From contig JBHGNT010000011.1 in assembly GCA_043228905.1 (NCBI GenBank), forward strand, positions 496,001-560,000: a DNA stretch of 64,000 nucleotides, in the 5' to 3' direction. Position 1 is the first letter of the stretch. Each line of letters begins with the position of its first letter. Positions 24,005-36,086 of the stretch are shown piece by piece. This DNA comes from Azolla caroliniana. Taxonomy: Eukaryota > Plantae > Polypodiophyta. The notes beneath the pieces are model-generated. The model did no database searches. It saw only the letters and a list, made by a program, of their open reading frames with translations, and was not told the origin of the DNA. Made by a program: the position numbers and the translations under genes.

Positions 24005-26894
24005 ACGTAAGACAGAGGAGAAGGAAGGTGATGGAGAGGGGACGAGGGCAAAGGTAGCAACGGGGCGATCCCACAACGATTCTCACACCGATCTGGAGAC
24101 TCCAACGACCAGCTCGAGAGCCGGTGTGAGACCTAGAGAGATGGATGGTGGCGGTAGGTGAATGGGATCCAACAACGAGAGGTGAGAAGGAGCGAACAAG
24201 AGGTATAAGGTTGGTAGTGAGGCCACGAACCGGAACCGAACCCAATCGGCAGGGTGAGAGGGGCGAAGACTGGACGCAATTGGTGCACGAGTCGGTGGCC
24301 TAACAAATCGGAGGCCCAAGAAGGATCTCCATACCATATCCAGAGACTTCGGCAGTTGGCCACGAGGGCCCACATGAGACTAGAGAGACAAACAGTGGTG
24401 GCGAGAGGACGAAGGCAGTAGCAGCAGAGGCACCGAGCAACCAAGGCATTGCGAGGGCAACAAAGGCTAGGCAGGCCGAAATGGGTGAGGGTGATCTTTC
24501 GCAGGTAGCAGCATGGAAAGCTACCGAGGACACCCGAGCGAGGAGCAGTGTATCAAGCCGAAAGGGCACACCCAAAGTGGATCGGAAGACACGCATGTGG
24601 TCATCGAGGGTCAAAGTAGAACACGAGTATGGGACGGTGTTCGGCACAGGCGGTGCAAAACAAGGAAGGAGGAAGATGGCACACGGAGGTGCCAGGACGG
24701 AAAAGGGTGCTAGACGGATTGTACGGGTCGGTGGCTGGAAACAGTATCAAAGGCCGGAGAGGGATCCTCCACGCCCGCTTTGGAGATCTCAACTGCTCAA
24801 TCGGACTGGCAACGATTGGCGTACTAAGCCAAGCCCAAGAAAACAAGCTGGTGGGAGCGAGGGGACGATGACAAGCAGATGGCGCCGAGCTGGTTGCAGC
24901 TCTACAGAATAACAAGAGCCGAGCGGACTGACATGGGGTGCTCCTCAGATGTAGAGGATGCCAGTATACGATGAAGCTGCGGTGCACGATCTGGCCGGGT
25001 GAGGGCCAACGAAGCATGCACAGAGGGAGACCAGAGTTTGGGACAAGCGGTGTCGAGCGATGGAGGACAGTGGACCGAGCCTCGTGAGAGGCAAAGTCTA
25101 GGGTTACGTAGTACACGGAAGTGCCGGAGCGAGAGTACGAGCACGAAGATGGATTGCACAGATCGGCAGCCTCGTGAAGAAAGCCAGAGAAGGATCCTCC
25201 ACATCGGTTCCAGAGACCTCAGTGGTTCAGCCACCATAGAATATAAGACCGAGGAGAAGGAAGGTGGTGGCGAAGGGATGAAGGTGGTGGATAGCGGCAC
25301 CGGACGAGCAATCGGGACATCACGAAGACCGACGGAGACAAAGCGGGCCACTATGGGTGTTCCCCGAACACAAGGGACACCGAGTATACGGGGGGACACG
25401 AAGCATGGATATAGTCGAACAACGGGCCAACAAAGGGGCACGTGCATGAGAGGAGATCGCGGCGAACGACTGATCAACAAGTCGAATGAGCCTACAAGGA
25501 GACAAATGCGGAGAAGGAATCGGAGCCGACGGTTTGGACCGGCAAGGCCAACACGGCAGCTGGGGATGGGGATTATGGAGGACCAGATGCTCACAACGAC
25601 CGGAATCTCTTACACTTCTTCGGATTTGGGACGTACCAATGGACGTGTGGTTTGGTGGGGGCCAATGTTGTGGAGATTCCCAGCCATAACGAGAAACCGG
25701 GGAACATTGGGTGTAAAGATATTGGGGTGCCTTATGGCACCGAATAGGAGATAAGTGGGGCCAAAGAATCCCATGTAAAGTGCCACATTGTTACGTGTCC
25801 CTCTCCTTGTTCTATAAAAGGAAGGGAGCGCCCCTTGGAAAAGGGTTCCCACTCATTGGGTCCCAACCGTTTTGTTCCAATTTCTTGAATTTGGGCTCCA
25901 TTTTATTCCTTGTTAATACATCTAGTCTACTTTTTTTCTTCGTTATTGTGTTTTGTTCTTGTTTCCTACAGGGTTTTCTGTGTCCGGGAGTAGGTGTGTG
26001 CGTTCATTTACAACAAACAGTGCGCGGAATGTCTTCATGCTTTATGTCTTTCTGTTCGTTTGTTTCCCCACCTCGTGTCTATATGTGTGTGTGTCCTGGT
26101 TGTTGCCACGGAGTTGTCGTTCGTGACGAGCCCGTGCGCTAGATGGTTCAGTATTAGGTTTCCCTCCCTAGCGTGCAAGGCCCCACTCGTGTCGGCGAGC
26201 CCGTGCGCTCCGAGCTAACGGTTTGGCGACAAGAGGTCGTTGTTCTAGAAGAGGCATGCCTTGCACGAGGTTCCCATCGCGCTGATGAGCCTAGGTGCTC
26301 CCCGATCGGTCTCGAGGTGCAAGTGCTCTCTCCCTCTCCGTGTGGAGTTGGTGTCACAATAGACGTCATTTACATATGTGTGTGTGTGTGTGTGTTTCTA
26401 GTTAGCATAGGGTCTAAGAGCGGGTGCATGCGTGGTAGCCGGTGTAGAGGTGCCAGTCGTAAACCGGTGTATATGTGTGTTTGCGCATATGCACGAGCAC
26501 GGTTAACAGGACCATGACATACAGGCAAGAGGGTCGCGCAGATACCCGAGCTCGCTCTCTTCCTTCAAGAGTCCGGGTTGCTTCTGGAAGGCATTCGGAA
26601 CCATCCGGCTCGGTCTTCCCCGAACACCATTTGGAACCGATCCACCTAGCAACGCCGTAGGCTCCGGAGGGTTCAGGTTTCTGGAAACTCCTTCCCTCCT
26701 GGTCCATGACCCCGGTGGTCTTGGCCAGATCCGACATGCAAGCGCGGGATACCGCGACACCGTAAAGGAGTGATCATGAATGTATTTTTGGCTATTGCAT
26801 GTAACTACCTTTTGCTTGTAATAAATCGAGCAATATAAAAGCAAGTGTTTTGAATTCTTTTGAATTCTATTAATATCGTTTCTTATAAAAACAA

Positions 26895-27135
26895 TTCCAA
26901 GACAATTCCATTAGAATCTAATGCACTGCATTGAATTCCATTGGAAAAGTGGGTTCTTCAACCAAAATCTAATGTAATGCATCGGATTTTGGTTAAAGCC
27001 TACTTTTCAACCAAATTTTGATGAATTGCATCGCATTTGAATGAAAATGTACACTTTTCCTCATCAATCCAATGCAATGCATCAGATTCTAGTTGAAATT
27101 TAGTATTTTCAATCAAATGCATTGCATCATATTCG
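26895..27135. repeat. Array of ~55-bp imperfect palindromes
   Basis: About 4-5 degenerate copies of approximately TTTTCAACCAAATCYRATGCAWTGCATCGGATTTTGGTTGAAA. Confidence 0.65.
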
Positions 27136-27837
27136 TAAATTTTTCATAGTTTTTAGTAACATTTTTCATGTTTTAAATGCAATTTTCTTAATTTTTTCAT
27201 TGATTTTTCTTAGAATTTATTTCTTTTTGCTCTTAATTAACTATAACATGATGTGTTATGCATTTTAGTGACTCTCATTACAAAGTGCTTGCTTTTAAGC
27301 TAAAGATTCAAACTCCAACAAAACGAGATTTGGAGTCATTTTTAAAAGATGCGTCTCGAAGAACTCTATTTGATTCAATAGGGTATGGGGCATCAAAGTC
27401 CTATATTGGAATTACAAAATTAACAAAGGTGTGCTCCCAGAGGATAGCATAAGTATAAAAATTACCTAAATTTAGGATGGGATTTCATGTACATCGAGGA
27501 AGATGGTGTGCTTCTATTAATATTCACAATCTTAGAGGGTAAAGATAAGCTCGAGTTCGGGAAAACCGTTACCTATAGGAAAATGACCAACATTGAATAT
27601 GAAGATAATAATTCCCCCATTATCTTCATTGATGTATAGAGCTCGGGTGGTACCAAGCAAGTGCGACTTGATGAAGGAAACCTGGTTGTTGAATGTTGCC
27701 ACCCCAAGTCATTATGTGAAGATATGCAAACAAAAAATAATATACTAGTTGCTCTTCAATCGCATATAATCGGGGAGTGATTAGCATAGAAGCAGAGACT
27801 TGGAAGAAGAAGTCTCGAAAGTCAAATCTTGTTCAGA

Positions 27838-28082
27838 AAAAGTACAACAAACAAGAAAGATCAAATGAAGAAGAGCACAAGCTCTTAAAGTTTGTGGAGG
27901 AAGAACAACAACAACTTGAGATAGTGGCTCAAGGAGGACAAATATCTTCTGATGTTTTGACTTCTTAAAGTACAACAAACAAGCAAAGATCAGATGAAGA
28001 AGAGCACGAGCTCGTAGAGTTCGTGGAGGAAGAAGAAGAGCAAAAACTCGAGGTAATAGCTCTAGGAGGACAAATATCTTTT
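27838..28082 (+). repeat. ~128-bp tandem duplication in the acidic linker of the ParB-MTase gene
   Basis: aaagtacaacaaacaag...gaagaagagcac...gtggaggaagaa...ggaggacaaatatctt occurs twice. Confidence 0.8.
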
Positions 28083-28910
28083 CGAGAATATAGAGAAGAT
28101 AAAACTATTCCATTTGCCCATTACTTCAATCCAAAGGCCTCCAATCGATCCATTGATAGGGAGACGTCCCCTCAAAGTAAGAGAGCCATATGTTGTTCAT
28201 GTGCAAAACTTGAAGAGAAAAATGAAGATTAACCCACACGCTACTATCATACCATATTTAGTTATGGTAGATCAAGATCAATGTTCGATAGTAGCAAGCT
28301 TCAAGTATAGTTCTGTGGATGACTATATATATTACGTAATTGGAGGATCTCATTCAGTTGAAACCCATAGACAACTTGTAAAAGAATATCCTCTCACCCC
28401 ATTCTTTAAGTACACAAAATGCTAGGTGTATGCAAGTCTTACTCATGAAGAGGCCAAGTTATTGGCTTGGAACAACAAGAACGACAATGATTATAGACAG
28501 AAGATGTCTTGCATTGGACACATTAGATTCTTTCATCATGCATATCTAAATGTGTTGGATCAGTTTGGCCAAAGGTTGCACCCTGGTTTGTGTTACTAGT
28601 GTCTGCTTGAGGTGGGGATTACAGTCGATGAGAGTACAAAATAAGAAGGGCTACAAAAAAATAACTCCTAATTTCAACTAGCCTTTAGAACTGGAGAGGT
28701 ATGGGATCTTCAGGACAAAATATATAGCATGTGGGAGCATAAAGAGGTCAAAGGTCAAAGGGAAAAGATGGGAAAGATAGATCCACAAGTTGAGATAAAA
28801 TCAAAGTCTTATAAAAATGACTTGGTAATTAAAGAGTTTGCAAAAGTCATGAAGCTTCTACCTTGGAGGTCAATACAAGGTATTAAAGATGACAGATTGT
28901 GAATATCTAT

Positions 28911-29473
28911 TGTCAAGAATAGTGCTAAGACAAAGAGGGAATTAGTACTAAGAGATGAGGATTAGTACTGAGAGAGAAAAAAAGAATGTAGAAATCTTAA
29001 GAAAAGAGAGAGACAGAGAGGGCCCAGATGGGTAAGGTTGCCTAATGGAGACCAAGTGGTCATGGGTTCAACCCCTACATTCCACAATAGCATCTAGTGA
29101 AATAGAGATATATATGAAGTATATAATAGAGAGGTGAGGAAATTGGGTTTCGAACCCAAGACACAATGCTTTTAGTGTTATCAACTTACCAATAGGGTAA
29201 GCTAGTTGTAATAGAGAGAGAGAGTCATAATAACAATAGATATATTATATGATGATAATATACAACAATAGCTAGGAGGCTTAAGACTAGCATTGAACCG
29301 ATTTGGTTCTCGATAATGCCATGTGCCTCTTTTTATAGTGACTTTAGGAATACTCTTTGACATTTTTAAAATGTTATAAAGAAATGTATAGCTTAATGGT
29401 GAGGCTTTTGCCCATGTGCCACAAGGTCATGGGTTCAAATCCTTTTGGAGTCATACCATGCTATATCATGACA
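28911..29473. mobile_element. Solo LTR containing three tRNA-like A/B-box modules
   Basis: tgtcaaga...tcatgaca with perfect 5-bp TSD tctat (28906-28910 / 29474-29478). Removing it restores the exon reading 'ISILSRVF'. Confidence 0.8.
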
Positions 29474-29859
29474 TCTATACTATCTCGAGTTTTTGCCTAG
29501 GAATTCAGCTTAGACGAGATTGTCAATGAGTTGCAAAAGTAAGTAATATTGTGTTACTTCTCAATTGCGTGGTTATTCTTTTGCATAGATGGTTGAATTC
29601 ACATTTTATATTTATTTTATAGTCACAAGGTATACATGAAGGTTCAAGAACCGATGATGCAAAAATTTAGCTTACCTATATGTGAAGAATGAAATAATAC
29701 TTCATTGTATTTGGAGAATGGGTATTTGTCATTTGAATTTGAGTAGATTGAATTTTTATATTCTCTCCTTACAAAATCAACACTTTCAAAAACCACCTCA
29801 ATCAAAGAAAGTATCTAACAATAATGACAACATTCCAAGCTCTTTCATCACACCACTTA

Positions 29860-30650
29860 AAATTCCTTGGGTTAGGGGTGGAAAGTAGACAAGGATAAAT
29901 TTATGTCTCTAATTGATTGGTTTGAAGATAGACACAAATTCGGTGGGTTGATCATTGCAACTTTTCCAAAAGACACTTCAGAGGATTTGAGTGAAAATGG
30001 AAAAGACAAGGAGAAAAAAATTAAAAAATTAATATCAATACTCATAAGGGATTATGGGCTCGGTGTTACAATTGTGAGAATATGCTTCACGTGAATTTTC
30101 TTAAACAGAATAAGAGTATTTGTGTTCAGCGCCGATATCATCTTCGAATGAATAGAATCAAAAGAATTGAACTTCTAATTGATCACGACATTTGGATTCC
30201 CATGAATGAAGGCGCAACCACAACGGATGTTTTGGGTTTCTCTGAAGATGATTTCTATCACAATCATATCTATAATTCTAAAGAAGAGACAAGTTTAACG
30301 GATGTCGTTCAAATAGGTATAGGACATCTAGATGGAAAAAGTATTGCACTTGGTGTTATGGACTTTAGTTTCATGCAAGGAAGTATTGGTTTTGTCGTGA
30401 GCGAAACAATTACTTGCTTGATTAAGTATGCAACATACGAGCCTCTCCTACTAATCATAGTTTGTGCTTCTGTGGGTGCGCTATGCACGAAGGGATGTTA
30501 AGCTTAATGCAAATAGCTAAGATCTCTTTTGCTTTGCAAAAATATCAAGTTTAGAAGAAATTGCCTTATATATCGGTTCTTACTCATCCAACTACAGGTG
30601 GTGTAACTACTAGTTTTAGTATGTGAAGAGACATAATCATAGTCGAACTT
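29860..30650 (+). pseudogene. accD: Plastid-derived insertion (NUPT) of the 5' part of accD
   Basis: 'MSLIDWFEDRHKFGGLI', 'RIELLIDHDIWIPMNE', 'SLTDVVQIGIGHLDG..IALGVMDFSFMQGSIG', 'PTTGGVT'. Several frameshifts, no introns. Confidence 0.9.
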
Positions 30651-31526
30651 GAAGTATGAGAAGAGAATGGCAAAGGGAAAGGAGTTGGAATTGCCAGAGG
30701 ACTCAGACACAGTGAAATTCTTTTTGCATAGATCTTATACTTTTAAACAATTAAATTACAGTGTATTCAATGGGGAAGTGGCAGTGATTAGCAAGATGGC
30801 ACTACACATTGCTTGTAGTTGGCATACCATATGGATTCCAAATTGCGGGATCAACATACAATGATGTGCTTTCAAGTATCCCCAAATCAAGAAGATGGTA
30901 AAGGACTTCGCAGAGTTAACATTGGCCCCGTTATGGAGGATAGTCATATTCCATAGCACATGGGTCAATCCTTATCAAACATAACTGCTCTAAAGTCACA
31001 ATGTCATGCCACCAAACACATGCATTGGTGTGGTACACCTTGTTTTTACAAATTAGGATATTAGAAATCTTGTTTGTTGAGAGACAAGCTCAACATCGGC
31101 TGGATCGGCTGAAGAAGCCGAGGACCGGATCGGTTAGGCCGAGTGCGTAAACCGGGCGTAAACCGGGAGGCCGTTAGGAAAGATATTCCGTGAGGAATAT
31201 ATTTGGGAGTTAGTGTAGGAGCACTTAATGAGCAGTGAAGTACTATCAGTACTTCGGTCAGTCCTTCTAGGACTTGTATAAAAGTGTTCACTGAAGCACG
31301 TCTTATGTACAGATTGAGTATTATTGTTGAATATAGTTTTTGTGTTTCTCTCTGTCTCTCCTGCGTACACCGTGTAAGCTCAAGCTCTCCATTAAACCTG
31401 AGTTTCCTCCCTTCTGTTCGGTCTTCATACTTGCTTCCGCACGCTACTTTCTACATGGTATCAAAGCGCGAGGGTTGAGAACCTCTCTGCAGTCGACACA
31501 GCTTGACGAAGAAGAACAAGAAGAAC

Positions 31527-34500
31527 GATGGATAGAGGCATGGCGAGCTTGCTTCCAACAGAGAAGCTCGACAGAACCAACTACGCGTCTTGGTCCTACA
31601 AGATGCACCAGTACCTGCTCGGGCACGACTACTAGAGTTATGTCGAAGGAGCTAATGACGCAGCACCCGAATCGACACACAGAGACTTCCCGGCGTGGGA
31701 GCAATTGGCGAGCAGGGTATTATACTGCTTCGCGTCGTGTGTGGGTGAACAACTATTGAGCTATGTTCGGGATGCAAAGACGTTGAAGGGTGCGTGGGAA
31801 AATGTGAAGAAGATTTTCGCCGCGAGCACCACAGCCAGGAAGCTTCAGCTCCGACAGGAGTTGAGCAACCTACGACAATGCCACTTGTCGGTGGCGGACT
31901 ATACCTCGAAGATCAAGGATATCTGCGACTCCCTCGCCTCCATAGAGTTGAACATCGAGGAGAGCGAGATGGTCTAGATCTGTCTCGGAGGTTTGGCGTC
32001 GAAGTTCGGAGCGTTCCGAACGGCTGTGTGTACCCGGGAGAATACGCCATCCTTTTTCGACTTACAGTCGATGCTCCTGGTAGAGGAGAACCACGCGGGT
32101 GCGTCGACGAGCACGCACACTGACAGCAGAATGTTGTACACGGAGGGAGATAGGCCCCGTGGACGTGGAGGACGAGGCGAGTCGGCGCGCAATGGAGGCG
32201 GCCGACGAGATCAAGGAAGAAGGCACCGAAGTGATGCCTGCCGACAGCAACTCCGGACCCTCCGGAAACAGGGGGAGTCGAAACGATCAGAACCGGCAAG
32301 GGAAGGCCATCGCGAAGTGCTGGTACTGTGGCAAGAAAGGCCACAGGGAAAGCGAGTGCTGGAAGAAGCGCGCCGATTCGGAGAGAACCGGTTCCGAAAA
32401 CGGCTCCAGACATACCGACAAGGGAAATCGGCAGCGATCGCACTATGTCGAAGACTCCGGGAGAGCCGGAGAAGGGTCTATCTTCGTGACGAGACACAAA
32501 GCAAACTCAATGAATCAAAGCACCCCGAGATCGGACGAGGTGTGGTACGTAGACTCGGGCGCGTCAAACCACATGACGAGCCATAAGGAGTGGTTCTCGT
32601 ACCTTGAAAAACCGATACAACCTGGAGTAGTTGCAACAGGAGACGACACTCCGCATCCGATCGCGAATGTCGGAGAAGTTCCCCTTAGCCATGTCGGGCA
32701 GAAAGGGAAACTCATGAACGTGCTGCACATCCTGACAATCACGAAGAACTTGGTCTCGGTCGGACAGATCGTCGACCAAGGGATGGAGGTTCGGTTTACA
32801 CACCTCGGGTGCTTCATTGAGGAAGAAGGCCGTGTGATTGCGCAAGGGCGCAGAGACGGGAGGATGTTCATTCTCGACTCCACTGACGGCGGCATCGCAA
32901 TGTTCGTGAAGGGACAAAAAGCCGAGTCAGACATCGACTTGTGGCACAAGCAGATAGGCCACGTCAACCACCAGCGGCTTCAAGATTTGCAATCAAAATA
33001 GGTAGTGTTCGGATTGCCCAAATTTAGTGGCCGAAAGGCACAAATTTGTGAATCCTGCCAGCTCGGGAAGCAACACTGACTTCCTTTCCCCAACGAGCGA
33101 AACCGGAGCCGAAACAAGCATGACCTTATACACTCCGATGTATGGGGGCCGGCACAAAACGTTAGTCTTGGCGGGAGCCGATATTTCGTCTCCTTCATCG
33201 ACGACCACACGCGGCACACATGGATCTACCTCATTGAGAGGAAGAGCGAAGTCTTCGACTGCTTTCGGGACCTCAAAGGGTTCGTGGAAACGGAGACAGG
33301 ATGAAAGATCAAGTGCCTGCGGTCGGATGGCGGGAAAGAGTACTTTTCCGGTCAATTCAACGGTTATCTACAACAAATGGGAATTCGGCGCGAATTCAGT
33401 TGCAGATACACGCCGGAGCAAAATGGCGTGGCCGAGAGGAAGAATCGGTCAATTGTGGAAGCGGCACGGGCAATGCTGGAGGAGAAGAGCTTGCCCAAGT
33501 TCTACTGGGCCGAGGCGGTAAGGACCGCGGTATACATCCAGAACCGGATCGGAGACAAAGTGTCGGCGCACGAGCTATATTTCGGAATGAAGCCGAACTT
33601 GCGACACTTGAGGGTGTTCGGTAGCATTGCGTATGTGCATGTACCGAAGGAGAAAAGGAGGAAGTTGGACGCAAAGGCCGAGAAATGCATCTTGGTCGGT
33701 TACTCGGACGAGTAGAAGGGTTATAAGTGCTATAACCCTCGCACCAAACAAGCGCGTGTCAGCCACGACGTTGTGTTTGACGAGTCCGCGTCCTAGTACC
33801 TGCCCCCGACTACGAACCTCGACCCCAATCCGAGCTCTGACGATGAGGTCAGCGAGGCCGAGATGCCTCTAGATGAGCCCGAAATCGAGACCCACGAAGA
33901 GAGTCTAATTTCACTCCAGTTAAGTGGACCGATTGGACGATTGAGTCGGTACGACCAGTTCGATGAAGAGCCGGCGAGTAGTGGAGACTCGGCCGTGCAT
34001 TCCCCGCACAAGAAGCAGAGGAGACGGCTTACGCGCAAAGAGAAAGGGAAGAAGAAGGTGTCGGATTCCGGCACGGAAAGGAACGAGTCAAACCGACGCG
34101 AGTCCGACTCCGAGGGAACCGGTGACGGGTCTTTAAAGATGAAGACCGCGTCGACCGAGAAGGCCTCGACATCGGCTAATGTGAAATTGCACCGATCTAC
34201 CCGCCAAAAGAACCCAATTGTGCGGTTCGGATACAACGAGTACATGGCGCATCATTATGCGTACATGACCCGTGTAGCGGAAGTGCGTGAGCCGGAGAGC
34301 TACGTAGAAGCGGCGAAGGACGCGAATTGGCGCGCCGCAATGGAGAAAGAGATGCACGCATTGGCGGAGAACGAGACCTGGGACCTGGTTGACGCATCGA
34401 AGGGGGTGAAGCCGATCGGGTGTAGGTGGGTGTACAACGTCAAGTACAACACCGATGGCTCGGTCAACTGGTACAAGGCTCGGCTAGTGACAAAGGGCTA

Positions 34501-36086
34501 CGCGCAGAAACACGGCATCGACTACGATGAGACGTTTGCGCCGGTCGCGAAAATGATGACCGTCCGTGTTTTGCTTGCAGTAGCCGCGGCCAAGGGGTGG
34601 CACTTACATCAGATGGATGTAAAGAATGCGTTCCTGCAAGGTGACCTTGAGGAACAAGTGTACATGGTACAGCCCCCCAGATTTCACTCCGGAACGAACT
34701 CCTCGACAATATGCCGACTGAAGAAGTCCCTTTACGAACTGAAGCAAGCCCCGCGTGCCTGGAACGCAAAGATCACGCAACAACTGCGTCAGATGGGCTT
34801 CGTCACGTCAAAATCGGACTCTTCCCTGTTCATCCGAAAAGGTCGACTCGGACCGGTTAGTATTCTACTATATGTTGATGACTTGGTCATCACCGGTGCC
34901 GACCTAGGTGAAATCGACCGCGTGAAGCTCCAGCTTGCGGCATCGTTCGACATGAAGGATCTGGGGGACCTTTTATTACTTCCTCGGGATCGAAGTGATC
35001 CGTACCCCCGAAGGCATATTGATCAGCCAACGTCATTACGTGTTGAGTATGCTCTTCAAATTCGGGATGGCCGATTGTAAGTCCGTCTCGACTCCCCTGG
35101 ACAGAATCGTCAAGCTTCGTCCCGATACGGGAAAGGTATGCGACCCGACGAGGTTCCGACAAATTGTCGGAAGCCTCATATATTTGACCATCAGCCGAAC
35201 TGACCTCAGTTATCCGGTCGGGGTGATCAGTCAGTTCATGGTGCGACCTACCAAGGAGCACCTTCAGTGTGCGCAACGCATACTTCGGTATGTCAACGGC
35301 ACTAAGGACCGGGGACTGCTATATCGGACCGGTGCAGTCGCGCGGTTAGTCGGCTACACCGATGCTGATTGGGCTGGCAACGCCGCCAATCCCCGATCCA
35401 CGTCCGGATACGCGTTCTCCCTCGGGAGTGCCGTGATCGCGTGGAGCAGTAAGAAGCAGCCGACAGTTGCATTGTCGAGCACCGAAGCTGAGTACCGAGG
35501 AGCGGCTGTCGCGACATGCGAAGCCATATGGTTGAAGCGGCTACTTAAGGACCTGCAAGTGGAGGTGTCAAATCCGACGACGATCTACTGTGACAACCTC
35601 AGCAGCATCCAGCTCGCGAAGAACCCCATTTTCCACGCACAGACCAAGCACATTGAGGTGCACTACCATTTCGTCCGTGCGTGTGTCCTTTCCAGTGAAG
35701 TCGAACTTCAATACGTGCCGATGGATCGGCAGATTGCCGACATCTTCACCAAGCCTCTTGGTCTGGACAAGTTGCGGCAATTCTCAGGTGAGCTCGGATT
35801 GCGTCACCTCGATGTGCCAAACTTGAGGGGGAGAACAGTCCCGAACGACCAAGCAAGGCAGCAGGAAAGGAGCGGAGACCGCGACACCGAGTCGGTTGTC
35901 GAGTTCGACTTCGGATCGGCTGAAGAAGCCGAGGGCGGACCCGCGGAGAAGTCCGGAAGCGGACAGAAGGGGAGCAGCCGAAGGAGAGAGCTGAAACCAA
36001 CCACGCATGGGGGAGATGACGCCATCGAGGGCGAGAAGACCGAAGACGAGTTGGAGATAGCCAACTCGGACGAGAGCGAAAACTAA
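31527..36086 (+). pseudogene. Copia gag-PR-INT-RT-RH polyprotein with stops and frameshifts
   Basis: 'CWYCGKKGH', 'WYVDSGAS', 'PEQNGVAERKN', 'QMDVKNAFL', 'LYVDDL', 'YTDADWAG', 'SSTEAEY', 'TKHIEVHYHF'. Confidence 0.93.

Larger units (their letters stand above)
20921..26759 (+). mobile_element. Non-autonomous Phygy-like LTR element (LARD-like)
   Basis: LTRs 20921-22095 and 25666-26759. PBS tggtgaacccgacatgaa at 22100, PPT ggtggggg before 25666, TSD ccgt (20917-20920 / 26760-26763). The internal region resembles 8030-11430. Confidence 0.85.

Noticed and set aside
29020-29442. Functional tRNA genes (also at 37043 and 43891)
   Set aside because: A and B boxes are present but there are no convincing acceptor or anticodon stems, and they lie within LTRs. 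Reported as tRNA-like modules instead.
29903-30650. Functional nuclear-relocated accD
   Set aside because: Frameshifts, 3' truncation and no transit peptide.
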